From sequence record NC_019709.1: a DNA stretch of 41,567 bases, one strand, 5' to 3'. The position numbers were made by a program, and so were the translations under genes. The DNA is from Escherichia phage mEpX1. This document shows positions 8,374 through 18,298 of this stretch, in pieces (position 1 is the first letter of the stretch; each line of letters starts with the position of its first letter). The notes below the pieces were generated by a model, which had not been told where the DNA came from, did no database searches, and was given only the letters and a program-made list of their open reading frames with translations.

Positions 8374-11300
8374 ATGGGTGAAAATATGGCTACGTTGCGC
8401 GAACTGATCATCAAAATATCTGCAAACTCTCAGTCATTCCAGTCTGAAATTTCTCGTGCTTCAAGAATGGGGAATGACTATTACCGGGTAATGCAGACTG
8501 GAGGACGCCAATCGGCCGCAGCTTCGCGTGAAACTCAGCGTGCCTTGGCTGAGGTAACTAGTCAAATAAACACCGCGAAGGCCTCAGCACTGGGAATGGC
8601 TGGTGCATTTGCTGGAGCATTTGCGACTGGTCATCTTATATCGCTGGCCGATGAATGGAGCTCTGTTAATGCCAGGCTAAAGCAGGCTTCCCAGTCGTCA
8701 GATGATTTCACGGAGTCCCAGCGGGCGCTGATGGATATTAGCCAGCGAACCGGAACCGCCTTCTCTGATAATGCGAGTCTTTTTGCGCGTTCAGCCGCTT
8801 CTATGCGTGAATATGGCTACAGTTCAGAAGAGGTTCTGAAGGTAACCGAGGCTATATCAACAGGGCTTAAGCTGTCAGGCGCAAGCGCGTCTGAAGCGAG
8901 TTCGGTAATCACGCAGTTCAGCCAGGCTCTGGCGCAGGGTGTTCTTCGAGGCGAGGAATTTAACTCCGTCAACGAAAACGGTGATCGAGTTATCCGTGCT
9001 CTTGCCGCAGGGATGGGTGTAGCTCGTAAAGATCTGAAGGCAATGGCCGATCAGGGGATGCTAACCGCAGATAAAGTTGTCCCGGCCCTGATAAGTCAAC
9101 TTGGCACTATGCGTGGTGAATTTGAGGCAATGCCGCAGACCGTTTCTGCTGCCACGACGAAAGTCGAAAATGCTTTCATGGCATGGGTAGGTGGCGCTAA
9201 TGAAGCCACTGGTGCGACAAGTACTCTTGTTGCCGTATTGAATACGGTTTCTGACAATATAGACACTGTGGCTACGGCTGCCGGAGCTTTGGCTGCGATA
9301 GGTGGAGCTCGCTATCTTGGAGGGATGTTTGGCGATCTTGGGAACCAGACGGCGCAATTAATAGATGCCAGAAAGAACGAAATTGCGCTCGCAGCTGCAA
9401 GGGCTGAATCTGCTACCCAATCACAACGCAAGGCCGCCGCCGATGCTATTGCTGCTGAGCGAGCTTACCAGCTTGCTCAGTCAGAACTTGTGCTGGCAAA
9501 GAATACTAATGCTGAGGCTACTGCCACTCAAAATGCCATATCCAAGCGCCGGGCAATGATTACAGCAAATGCGGCACTGGTACAGTCAAACAGAGCCGTT
9601 GCAGCCTCTCAGCAGGCACTTAACTCTGCAACATCAGTGCTGGGGCTTGTAAAAACTGGCGCTACGGGTCTTTTGTCGTTAGTTGGTGGTTTGCCAGGAA
9701 TTTTAATGTTGGGTGCTGGGGCGTGGTACACGATGTATCAACGCCAAGAACAAGCCAGGGAATCTGCAATCCAATATGCGGACACAATCGAGCAGGTACG
9801 AGATAATCTGAAATCAATGTCTCAGACGCAGATATCCGCCAACCTTGGACAGGCGAATATTTCACTGGATGCTCAGAATAGTGCGATTGAACAGCAGAAG
9901 CAGAAAGTTGCTGAATTATCCAATCAACTTTATAACGCAAAATTAGCAGCCAATTCTGCTTCAGAGGGGACATGGCTGTATAACGATGCGGTTGAGAAAG
10001 CCGCAGACTTTGCTTCAGAACTTGCGGTTGAAGAAGGCCGACTTGAGCAAATGCTCAATAAAAGAAAGCAAACACAACAGTTAATAAACGACATAACTGA
10101 TCAGGCTATAAATAAAACAGTAGAAATGGCTGGCGCCGTAAGTTCTCTTACAGAGATGTATGACCGGCTGAACAAGGTTTCCAGACAGTCTACAGCAGTG
10201 TCCCCACCAAAATATGCAGGACCTGTACTTCCTGCGCTTGATAATAAGCAACAACAAGCTATTGAGAAAGCACAGCGACAGCTTGAGCTATCTGGCCTTC
10301 AGGGTTTGGATAAGGCTCGAAAGCAGGCAGAATTCGATGCATCTGATCTGAACCTTCCAGCTGGTTGGCGTGAGAAATATGTCAGCATGGAAGTTGAGTC
10401 TGCCAGGCAATTACAAGCAATTCGTAACTCAAGCCGCCATAAGGGTGGAAAATCCGAGGCGGAAAAAACAGCTGATACCTATGACAAGCTGATCAAGCAG
10501 CAAAAAGAGCAGATCGCTCTGCAAGGGCAGAATACCGAGCTGGCAAAGGTTAAATATCAGGTAAGCCAGGGTGAGCTTTCTACGCTAAGTCAGGCCCAGA
10601 AAGCCGAAGTTATGCGTAATGCTGCTCTCATCGATCAGGTTAAATTGCGTGAGCAACTGCGAAATTACGAAGCCAACCTTGCTGACAGTAACGCCAGCGC
10701 CCGCGCAGCCAATGAAGCGCAACTGCTGGGCTACGGGCAGGGAACCAGGTTCCGTGAAAGACTTCAGGAGCAGTTCAGTCTGCGTAAGGAGTTTGAGCAG
10801 AAGAATACCGATCTTCTCCGCCAGCGTCAGGCTGGTGAAATCGACGAGACGTTCTATCAGCAGGGGCTGGCACTTAATAAGCGCTACCTCGAAGAGCGCC
10901 TGCGCGACCAGGAGGGATATTACGCAGCTTCTGATGCGCAGCGTGACGACTGGATGACGGGACTGTCTGAGGGTTATGCGAACTGGGTGGATGAAGCGAC
11001 AGATTACTCCTCCATGGCAGCTGACGGGATGAAGCAGGCAATGGGTGGGGCGGTAACTTCGATTACTGACATGCTCAATGGTAACGTCGACAGCTGGAAG
11101 GACTGGGGTGTCAGCGTACTGAAGATCATCCAGAATGTTCTGGTCAATATGGCTGTTGCTAACGGCGTCAGTTCAATTGGTTCTCTCTTCAGCTTTGGCG
11201 CATCTTCCGCCGCTGCCGCCAGTAGCGGTACTGCAATTCAGAACGCTGGCGCGAACTTCACCTTTAACGCGAAGGGTAATGTTTACGACTCTCCGTCCCT

Positions 11301-11652
11301 GAGCGCATACAGCAATGGCGTGTTTCAGACCCCTCAGCTTTTTGCTTTTGCCAAAGGAGCGGGTGTGTTTGCAGAGGCTGGACCTGAAGCCATTATGCCG
11401 CTTACCCGTGCTGCTGATGGTTCGCTTGGCGTTCGGGCTGTTGGCACTGGTGGTGGTCAGGCTGTATCTTCGGCTCCACAGGTTTACATCACCATCGATG
11501 GCAACGGAAATACTTCCACGCAGACTTCACCCGGCCTTGAGCAATTTGGTGCTGATGTCGGTAAATATATTGATCAGCGATATAAGCAGAACATCATGCG
11601 AGATATTCGGCCTGGCGGTGACATCTGGAACGCAATGAAAGGAACCCGATAA
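8374..11652 (+). CDS. Tail tape measure protein
   Basis: 1092-aa ORF, Ala/Gln-rich coiled-coil composition, upstream of M-L-K; alternative start ATG at 8386. Confidence 0.9.
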   Translation: MGENMATLRELIIKISANSQSFQSEISRASRMGNDYYRVMQTGGRQSAAASRETQRALAEVTSQINTAKASALGMAGAFAGAFATGHLISLADEWSSVNARLKQASQSSDDFTESQRALMDISQRTGTAFSDNASLFARSAASMREYGYSSEEVLKVTEAISTGLKLSGASASEASSVITQFSQALAQGVLRGEEFNSVNENGDRVIRALAAGMGVARKDLKAMADQGMLTADKVVPALISQLGTMRGEFEAMPQTVSAATTKVENAFMAWVGGANEATGATSTLVAVLNTVSDNIDTVATAAGALAAIGGARYLGGMFGDLGNQTAQLIDARKNEIALAAARAESATQSQRKAAADAIAAERAYQLAQSELVLAKNTNAEATATQNAISKRRAMITANAALVQSNRAVAASQQALNSATSVLGLVKTGATGLLSLVGGLPGILMLGAGAWYTMYQRQEQARESAIQYADTIEQVRDNLKSMSQTQISANLGQANISLDAQNSAIEQQKQKVAELSNQLYNAKLAANSASEGTWLYNDAVEKAADFASELAVEEGRLEQMLNKRKQTQQLINDITDQAINKTVEMAGAVSSLTEMYDRLNKVSRQSTAVSPPKYAGPVLPALDNKQQQAIEKAQRQLELSGLQGLDKARKQAEFDASDLNLPAGWREKYVSMEVESARQLQAIRNSSRHKGGKSEAEKTADTYDKLIKQQKEQIALQGQNTELAKVKYQVSQGELSTLSQAQKAEVMRNAALIDQVKLREQLRNYEANLADSNASARAANEAQLLGYGQGTRFRERLQEQFSLRKEFEQKNTDLLRQRQAGEIDETFYQQGLALNKRYLEERLRDQEGYYAASDAQRDDWMTGLSEGYANWVDEATDYSSMAADGMKQAMGGAVTSITDMLNGNVDSWKDWGVSVLKIIQNVLVNMAVANGVSSIGSLFSFGASSAAAASSGTAIQNAGANFTFNAKGNVYDSPSLSAYSNGVFQTPQLFAFAKGAGVFAEAGPEAIMPLTRAADGSLGVRAVGTGGGQAVSSAPQVYITIDGNGNTSTQTSPGLEQFGADVGKYIDQRYKQNIMRDIRPGGDIWNAMKGTR

Positions 11653-11654
11653 AA

Positions 11655-11993
11655 ATGGCTATCGAAACTTTCACCTGGTGCCCACGACTTAACGCTGAGG
11701 CAGATATAAATTTCCGCGTCAGGAAAGCACAGTTTGGTGATGGATATGAGCAGGTTTCAGGGGATGGATTGAATACCAGAACCCAGCAGTGGACGCTCAA
11801 CTTTACTGGCAACGAAACCTACATTTCCGCCATTAAATCTTTTCTCGACAGGCATGAAGGAACGAAAGCCTTTCAATGGAAGCCGCCGCTCGAGCCTTTG
11901 GGTTTGTATCGTTGCGAAACGTATAAACCCACTGGGCTGGGTGCGGGAAAATTCAACCTTGAAGCAACATTCATCCAGGCATTTAAACCATGA
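11655..11993 (+). CDS. M: Minor tail protein M
   Basis: 112 aa, directly after tape measure; size and position match lambda gpM. Confidence 0.75.
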   Translation: MAIETFTWCPRLNAEADINFRVRKAQFGDGYEQVSGDGLNTRTQQWTLNFTGNETYISAIKSFLDRHEGTKAFQWKPPLEPLGLYRCETYKPTGLGAGKFNLEATFIQAFKP

Positions 11994-12748
11994 GCTTAAA
12001 CGCAGACTATCAGAAGCTTGAATCCGGAAACGATGTTCGTCTGATTGAGGTGGACGGTTCTTCCTTTGGGCTAACGGACGTTCTCCGCTTTCACAATTAC
12101 CGCATTCCCCACACGGAAGCGGAAATCATCGCCGCTGGTGGGGATGAGTCCAAGCTTCCGGCGAAACCAATCTGGTGGCAGGGAAATGAATACGCCGCCT
12201 GGCCGTATCAGCTGGAAGGCCTGGAAAAATCAACCAGTGGGAGCAATGCAACGCCATCACTGACGGTTGCGAACATCGAAAGCTCTATTTCTGCCATGTG
12301 TCTTGCGTATGACGATCTGCTGCAGGCGAAAGTCACTATTCACGACACAAAAGAGAAATATCTCGATGCCAGAAATTTCGCGGACGGCAACCCCACAGCA
12401 GACCAGACTCAGGAAAAGCTGCAGGTCTGGTATATCGACGGGAAAACTGGCGAGCTTGCCGGTGAAACCGTTGAATTTGTTCTGTCCAGCCCGATGGACC
12501 TGCAGGGGCAAATGATCCCGACGCGACAGCTTCATTCCCTGTGTACCTGGTGCATCCGGAATAAATATCGTACCGGCGACGGCTGCGACTATGCCGGCAC
12601 CCGCTATTTCGATAAAAACAACAACCCGGTAAGCGATCCGTCGCTGGATGAATGCAATGGCACGCTGACGGCCTGCAAACTCCGATTCGGCGAAAATAAC
12701 GAACTCTCGTTTGGTGGCTTCCCTGGTACGTCGCTGATCAGGAGTTGA
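11990..12748 (+). CDS. L: Minor tail protein L
   Basis: 252 aa; C-terminal Cys cluster (CTWC...CDYAG...C...C) as in the Fe-S-binding lambda gpL; position. Confidence 0.75.
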   Translation: MSLNADYQKLESGNDVRLIEVDGSSFGLTDVLRFHNYRIPHTEAEIIAAGGDESKLPAKPIWWQGNEYAAWPYQLEGLEKSTSGSNATPSLTVANIESSISAMCLAYDDLLQAKVTIHDTKEKYLDARNFADGNPTADQTQEKLQVWYIDGKTGELAGETVEFVLSSPMDLQGQMIPTRQLHSLCTWCIRNKYRTGDGCDYAGTRYFDKNNNPVSDPSLDECNGTLTACKLRFGENNELSFGGFPGTSLIRS

Positions 12749-12749
12749 T

Positions 12750-13460
12750 ATGCGTCAGAAAACCATCGATGCGATTATGGCGCATGCCGCCGCTGAATAT
12801 CCTCGTGAGTGCTGCGGTGTGGTGGCGCAAAAAAGCCGTGTTGAACGTTATTTTCCTTGCCGGAATCTTGCCGCTGCGCCGAAGGAAAATTTTGTCCTCT
12901 GCCCGGAAGATTACGCAGCTGCTGAGGACTGGGGTACGGTGATCGCCATCGTTCACAGCCACCCTGACGCCACTACGCAGCCGAGCGAACTGGATAAAGC
13001 GCAATGCGACGCAACGCTTTTACCCTGGCATATCGTGAGCTGGCCCGAGGGGGATTTACGTACCATTCAGCCGCGTGGTGAGTTGCCACTGCTGGAGCGT
13101 CCGTTTGTGCTTGGACACTTCGACTGCTGGGGGCTGGTAATGAGCTATTTCCGGCAGACCCACGGTATCGAGCTCCACGATTACCGGGTTGATTATCCCT
13201 GGTGGGAAAACGACTATCCGGACAACTTCTATCAGGATTGCTGGTATGAGTGCGGATTCCGGGAATTCGACGGGCCACCGAAACCCGGCGATATGGTGAT
13301 CATGCAGGTCCAGGCTGATAAGTGGAACCACGCTGGAATTCTGCTGGAGGGCAATATGCTGCTGCACCACCTGTACGGACATCTGAGCCAACGCGTGCCG
13401 TATGGTGGCTACTGGCAGGAAAGGACGATGAAGATTCTTAGACATCAGAATTTTATTTAA
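12750..13460 (+). CDS. K: Tail assembly protein K (JAMM/MPN plus NlpC/P60-like)
   Basis: 236 aa; JAMM-like HSHPD motif and Cys/His hydrolase-like C-terminal half; position after L. Confidence 0.8.
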   Translation: MRQKTIDAIMAHAAAEYPRECCGVVAQKSRVERYFPCRNLAAAPKENFVLCPEDYAAAEDWGTVIAIVHSHPDATTQPSELDKAQCDATLLPWHIVSWPEGDLRTIQPRGELPLLERPFVLGHFDCWGLVMSYFRQTHGIELHDYRVDYPWWENDYPDNFYQDCWYECGFREFDGPPKPGDMVIMQVQADKWNHAGILLEGNMLLHHLYGHLSQRVPYGGYWQERTMKILRHQNFI

Positions 13461-13507
13461 CAAACTGTCACTGATACTATCGTGTAGTACACGGCAAGGA
13501 GAACGAT

Positions 13508-13732
13508 ATGTATACAGTTGGGTTTGGTTGGATCTTCGTCGGTATTTTTATTGGGTTAATTCTCTGGTTTTTCATCAACCGCGCCAGCGTCAGAGCGAAC
13601 AGGCAGGTTGAATTACTTGAGTCTATCGACCAGAAATTATCAAAAATAGTAGATCCAAACTTCGAGGCAAATAACAAAGACCAGTCGAAAGAAAACTACC
13701 TTGAAGAAGCAAGGAAAAAAGCTGGGCTTTGA
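13508..13732 (+). CDS. Small single-pass membrane protein, second tail-module moron (paralog of 8154-8342)
   Basis: 74 aa; shares a TM helix and the core R-[FA]-S-[TV]-R-A-N-x-Q-V-E with the 8154 ORF; own SD (aaggag); terminator downstream; sits between K and I. Confidence 0.55.
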   Translation: MYTVGFGWIFVGIFIGLILWFFINRASVRANRQVELLESIDQKLSKIVDPNFEANNKDQSKENYLEEARKKAGL

Positions 13733-13747
13733 GAGCGTAAATTAACA

Positions 13748-13771
13748 AACCACCTACGGGTGGTTTTTTTA
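13748..13771 (+). terminator. Intrinsic terminator after second moron
   Basis: Stem aaccacc/ggtggtt plus T7, followed by ATGGG. Confidence 0.55.
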
Positions 13772-13781
13772 TGGGGGCAGC

Positions 13782-14390
13782 ATGCAAGAGGTAATGACAA
13801 GAATTGAGCTAAGTGGCGTGCTAGCTAAGACATATGGAAGGGTTCATCACCGTCTGGTTCGCACTACTGCTGAAGCCATTAATGCACTCGCGAAAACCAT
13901 CAATGGATTCGAGAAATTCTTAAACACAAGCAAAGCCCGAGGGCTGACGTATGCCGTTTATAGAGATAAAAAGAATATTGGCGTTGATGATCTCGGCTTT
14001 CCCGTCACCGGCGAAGTGATCCGGATTGTCCCTGTAGTAATAGGGAGTAAAAAGGCTGGTCTTTTGCAGACGATCTTGGGGGCCGTGCTTATTACTGCTG
14101 CTGTGTTGACTGGCCCCGGCGGTATTGGCGCTGCTTTCGCTGCTGGTGGATTGACGGGGTTTGCTGCTGCCACTGGTGCCTCGTTGGTCCTCGGTGGGGT
14201 TATTCAGCTGCTTTCACCGCAGCCATCAGGCATAGCCAGTAAACAAAGCGCAGATAACCGTGCATCGTATGCGTTTGGCGGGGTAACCAACACTGCAGCG
14301 CAAGGCTACCCGGTGCCTCTGCTTTATGGTAAGCGTCGAATCGGCGGAGCGATTATTTCTGCAGGAATTTATGTCGAAGATCAGCAGTAG
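13782..14390 (+). CDS. I: Tail assembly protein I
   Basis: 202 aa with Gly/Ala-rich hydrophobic C-terminal half; position between K and J. Confidence 0.7.
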   Translation: MQEVMTRIELSGVLAKTYGRVHHRLVRTTAEAINALAKTINGFEKFLNTSKARGLTYAVYRDKKNIGVDDLGFPVTGEVIRIVPVVIGSKKAGLLQTILGAVLITAAVLTGPGGIGAAFAAGGLTGFAAATGASLVLGGVIQLLSPQPSGIASKQSADNRASYAFGGVTNTAAQGYPVPLLYGKRRIGGAIISAGIYVEDQQ

Positions 14391-14409
14391 ATAACTAACC
14401 TTTTTTCTG

Positions 14410-14431
14410 GCCACCTTCGGGTGGCTTTTTT
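14410..14431 (+). terminator. Terminator-like hairpin before J
   Basis: Stem gccacc/ggtggc with ttcg tetraloop plus T6, followed by ATGGG. Confidence 0.5.
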
Positions 14432-14442
14432 ATGGGCGCAAT

Positions 14443-17400
14443 ATGGCTACAGATAAAGTGTTAAAAGGCCGCAAGGGCGGCAGCTCAAGTTCCCGAACCC
14501 CTACCGAACAGCCTGATGATCTGCAATCTGTAGCGAAGGCAAAAATCCTCGTTGCGCTTGGGGAAGGTGAGTTTGCAGGGCAGCTCACCGGCAAAGATAT
14601 CTACCTGGACGGAACAGCGCTGGAGAATGCTGACGGCTCCCAAAACTTCAGCGGGGTAACGTGGGAGTTTCGCGCGGGAACTCAGGCGCAAAAATATATT
14701 CAGGGTATTCCCGGTACCGAAAACGAGATCAGCGTAGGAACTGAGGTATCAAGTGCCACAGCCTGGACGCGCACGTTTACCAATACGCAGCTTTCAGCAG
14801 TTCGCCTGCGTCTTAAATGGCCCTCGCTTTTCAAACAGGAAGACGACGGCGATCTGGTGGGTTACTCGGTCAATTATGCGATTGACCTACAGACGGACGG
14901 CGGCACATGGCAGACGGTACTCAATACCAGCGTGACCGGTAAAACGACGTCTGGTTATGAGCGCAGCCACCGTATCGATTTACCGCAGGCTGGCAGCACC
15001 TGGACAATACGTCTGCGTAAGATTACCTCTGACGCCAACAGCGCGAAGATCGGCGACACGATGATGCTGCAGAGCTTCACCGAGGTGATTGACGCCAAAC
15101 TGCGCTACCCGAACACCGCGCTGCTCTACGTCGAATTCGACTCAAGCCAGTTCAACGGCTCTATTCCTCAAATTTCATGCGAACCGCGCGGCCGCGTTAT
15201 CCGCGTTCCAGATACCTACGACCCTGAAACCCGCACTTATAGCGGTACATGGACCGGTGCGTTTAAGTGGGCATGGACGGATAACCCTGCGTGGATTTTT
15301 TACGACCTGGTTGTTTCTGACCGGTTCGGCCTTGGGCACCGTTTGACCGCTGCGAATATTGATAAATGGACGCTTTATCAGGTTGCTCAGTATTGTGATC
15401 AGATGGTACCAGACGGCAAAGGGGGCAACGGTACAGAACCACGTTATACCTGCAACGTGTACATTCAGGACCGGAACGACGCCTACACAGTCCTGCGTGA
15501 TTTTGCCGCTATCTTCCGTGGCATGACCTACTGGGGCGGGGATCAGATTGTGGCCCTGGCTGACATGCCGCGCGATGTTGATTACAGCTATACGCGCGCT
15601 AACGTTGTTGGCGGTCGCTTCACCTATTCGAGCAGCACCACGAAAAGCCGCTACACCACAGCGCTGGTTTCATGGTCAGACCCGGGTAACGCTTATGCCG
15701 ACGCAATGGAGCCGGTATTTGAGCAGGCGCTGGTGGCGCGATACGGCTTCAATCAGCTGGAAATGACAGCCATCGGCTGCACCAGGCAGTCAGAGGCGAA
15801 CCGAAAGGGGCGCTGGGGTATTCTCACCAACAACAAGGATCGCGTTGTTTCGTTTGATGTCGGGCTGGACGGAAACATTCCGCAGCCGGGCTACATCATC
15901 GCCGTGGCAGACGAGCTGCTTTCCGGAAAGGTTATGGGCGGCCGCATCAGCGCCGTTAACGGTCGCGTTATCAAACTTGACCGCGTAGCTGATGCAGCAC
16001 CAGGTGATCGCCTTATTCTCAACCTGCCTTCCGGAGCGTCGCAGAGCAGGACCATTCAGGCCGTGAACGGGGAATCAGTCACAGTCACCACGGCATACAG
16101 TGAGACGCCACAGGCCGAAGCTGTTTGGGTGGTTGAATCTGACGAGCTTTACGCGCAGCAGTATCGTGTTGTCAGCGTCTCCGACAACGGTGATGGCACT
16201 TTCTCAATCACCGGCGCATGGCACGACCCGGATAAATATGCCCACATCGATACCGGAGCCATCATTGACCAGCGGCCGGTGAGCGTGATCCCGCCTGGTA
16301 ACCAGTCGCCGCCTGCGAACATCGTGATCAGCTCGTTTTCCGTGGTGCAGCAAAATATCAGCGTCGAAACGATGCGCGTGAGCTGGGACCAGGCGCAGAA
16401 CGCTATCGCCTATGAAGCGCAATGGCGCCGCAACGACGGGAACTGGGTTAACGTGCCGCGCACCTCCACCACGTCATTCGACGTCCCGGGGATTTATGCC
16501 GGGCGCTACCTGGTGCGGGTGCGCGCAATCAATGCCGCAGAAATTTCATCCGGATGGGGCTATTCAGAAGAGAAAACGCTGACGGGTAAAGTGGGCAATC
16601 CACCTAAGCCGGTTGGCTTCATCGCTTCTGAAAATGTGGTTTTCGGCATCGAGCTGAACTGGGGATTCCCGGCGAATACCGACGACACGCTGAAGACGGA
16701 AATTCAGTACAGCCTGACCGGAACCGAGGACGATGCGATACTGCTGGCCGATGTGCCTTATCCGCAGCGCAAATATCAGCAGATGGGCCTCAAGGCTGGG
16801 CAGATTTTCTGGTACCGCGCTCAGCTGGTGGACCGCAGCGGCAACGAATCAGGGTACACAGAATGGGTGCGAGGACAGGCCAGCATCGATGTTTCCGACA
16901 TCACAGATGTGATCCTGGAGGACATGAAAGGCTCCGATACGTTCAAAGACCTGATCGAGAACGCTGTGGACAGCAATGAAAAAATTGCTGGCATGGCTGA
17001 CGACATCAAACAGGCTAACGATGAACTTGAGCTCCAGGCGCAGGAAATCGCAAAAAACGCGCAGGACATTGGGCAGGTTCAGACCAGCGTTAATGAGCTT
17101 TCTAGCACGGTCGGTGATGTGTCGTCTTCTCTCTCAGATCTTGAGCAGACTGTTGCGACTGCTGATACCGCACTGGGCCAGCGAATCGACAGCATCAGCG
17201 TGTCTATGGACGGCATGACGGGCGGGGTGAAGAACTCTGCTATCGCAATTATCCAGAACGGGCTGGCACAAGTGGCTACGCGTAAATCGTTGTCAGCTTC
17301 GGTCGCAGGGAACAGTGCGCAGCTGGATCGTATTGATGAGGTAATCGTTAACGAGAAGGAGGCAACGGCGCGTTCTCTGCTGAGCCTGCAGACGGATGTC

Positions 17401-17994
17401 AACGGCAACAAGGCATCCATAAACAGCCTGAATCAGACGTTCTCCGACTATCAGCAGGCTACGGCCACGCAGATAAACGGCATTACGGCGACCGTGAACG
17501 GGCATACCTCCGCCATCACCACTAACGCTCAGGCGATAGCCAACGTTAATGGCGACCTCAGCGCGATGTACAACATCAAGGTTGGCGTTTCCAGCAACGG
17601 TCAGTATTACGCCGCGGGGATGGGTATCGGCGTGGAGAATACGCCATCCGGCATGCAGTCGCAGGTTATCTTCCTGGCTGATCGCTTCGCCGTCACCACG
17701 GCGGCCGGAAATAGCGTGGCTTTGCCGTTCGTGATCCAGAACGGGCAGACATTCATCCGGGCCAGTTTCATCCAGGACGGCACTATCAGCAACGCAAAGA
17801 TTGGTAATTTTATCCAGTCGAACAATTATGTTGCTGGTTCTGCTGGCTGGAAGCTTGATAAAGGGGGGACGTTTGAGAACTACGGTTCGACTGCTGGTGA
17901 GGGAGCCATGAAACTGACAAATCAGACGATCAGCGTCAAAGATGGCAGTAATGTTCTTAGGGTGCAGGTTGGCCGATTAACGGGAGTATTCTGA
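14443..17994 (+). CDS. J: Host specificity / central tail fibre protein J
   Basis: 1183-aa ORF at the J position after I; size typical of lambda-like gpJ. Confidence 0.9.
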   Translation: MATDKVLKGRKGGSSSSRTPTEQPDDLQSVAKAKILVALGEGEFAGQLTGKDIYLDGTALENADGSQNFSGVTWEFRAGTQAQKYIQGIPGTENEISVGTEVSSATAWTRTFTNTQLSAVRLRLKWPSLFKQEDDGDLVGYSVNYAIDLQTDGGTWQTVLNTSVTGKTTSGYERSHRIDLPQAGSTWTIRLRKITSDANSAKIGDTMMLQSFTEVIDAKLRYPNTALLYVEFDSSQFNGSIPQISCEPRGRVIRVPDTYDPETRTYSGTWTGAFKWAWTDNPAWIFYDLVVSDRFGLGHRLTAANIDKWTLYQVAQYCDQMVPDGKGGNGTEPRYTCNVYIQDRNDAYTVLRDFAAIFRGMTYWGGDQIVALADMPRDVDYSYTRANVVGGRFTYSSSTTKSRYTTALVSWSDPGNAYADAMEPVFEQALVARYGFNQLEMTAIGCTRQSEANRKGRWGILTNNKDRVVSFDVGLDGNIPQPGYIIAVADELLSGKVMGGRISAVNGRVIKLDRVADAAPGDRLILNLPSGASQSRTIQAVNGESVTVTTAYSETPQAEAVWVVESDELYAQQYRVVSVSDNGDGTFSITGAWHDPDKYAHIDTGAIIDQRPVSVIPPGNQSPPANIVISSFSVVQQNISVETMRVSWDQAQNAIAYEAQWRRNDGNWVNVPRTSTTSFDVPGIYAGRYLVRVRAINAAEISSGWGYSEEKTLTGKVGNPPKPVGFIASENVVFGIELNWGFPANTDDTLKTEIQYSLTGTEDDAILLADVPYPQRKYQQMGLKAGQIFWYRAQLVDRSGNESGYTEWVRGQASIDVSDITDVILEDMKGSDTFKDLIENAVDSNEKIAGMADDIKQANDELELQAQEIAKNAQDIGQVQTSVNELSSTVGDVSSSLSDLEQTVATADTALGQRIDSISVSMDGMTGGVKNSAIAIIQNGLAQVATRKSLSASVAGNSAQLDRIDEVIVNEKEATARSLLSLQTDVNGNKASINSLNQTFSDYQQATATQINGITATVNGHTSAITTNAQAIANVNGDLSAMYNIKVGVSSNGQYYAAGMGIGVENTPSGMQSQVIFLADRFAVTTAAGNSVALPFVIQNGQTFIRASFIQDGTISNAKIGNFIQSNNYVAGSAGWKLDKGGTFENYGSTAGEGAMKLTNQTISVKDGSNVLRVQVGRLTGVF

Positions 17995-17995
17995 A

Positions 17996-18298
17996 ATGGC
18001 TTATGGAATACAGACCTGGGATGCTTCAGGAAAACCCAACAACTATGGCATCAAACCCGTTTCCGTCGTTGGGCGAATACAGCTGGCTGCCGGGCAAACC
18101 TCCGGCAGCTGGTCTTTTACGGTGCCCTCAGGAATGAAAGTTGGTTTTGTTCTTTCACTTGATGAAGGAGGTAACAGCGTAGGGCGGCGCATTGTCGCGT
18201 CAGGGAGCACAATAACCGTAAGCGCTGCATCTTCTGTAGGTCTGGGTAATTATCCGGCCTCAAAGTGTGAAGTGGTCGTTTTCATGGAGAAAGCATAA
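17996..18298 (+). CDS. Hypothetical protein translationally coupled to J
   Basis: 100-aa ORF starting 2 nt after the J stop; shares a WD-[AS]-SGK motif with the next ORF. Confidence 0.5.
   Translation: MAYGIQTWDASGKPNNYGIKPVSVVGRIQLAAGQTSGSWSFTVPSGMKVGFVLSLDEGGNSVGRRIVASGSTITVSAASSVGLGNYPASKCEVVVFMEKA

Noticed and set aside
9061-11812. Multiple short ORFs on both strands within the tape measure gene
   Set aside because: Fully embedded in the 1092-aa tape measure reading frame or antisense to it; typical spurious ORFs in a long GC-biased gene.
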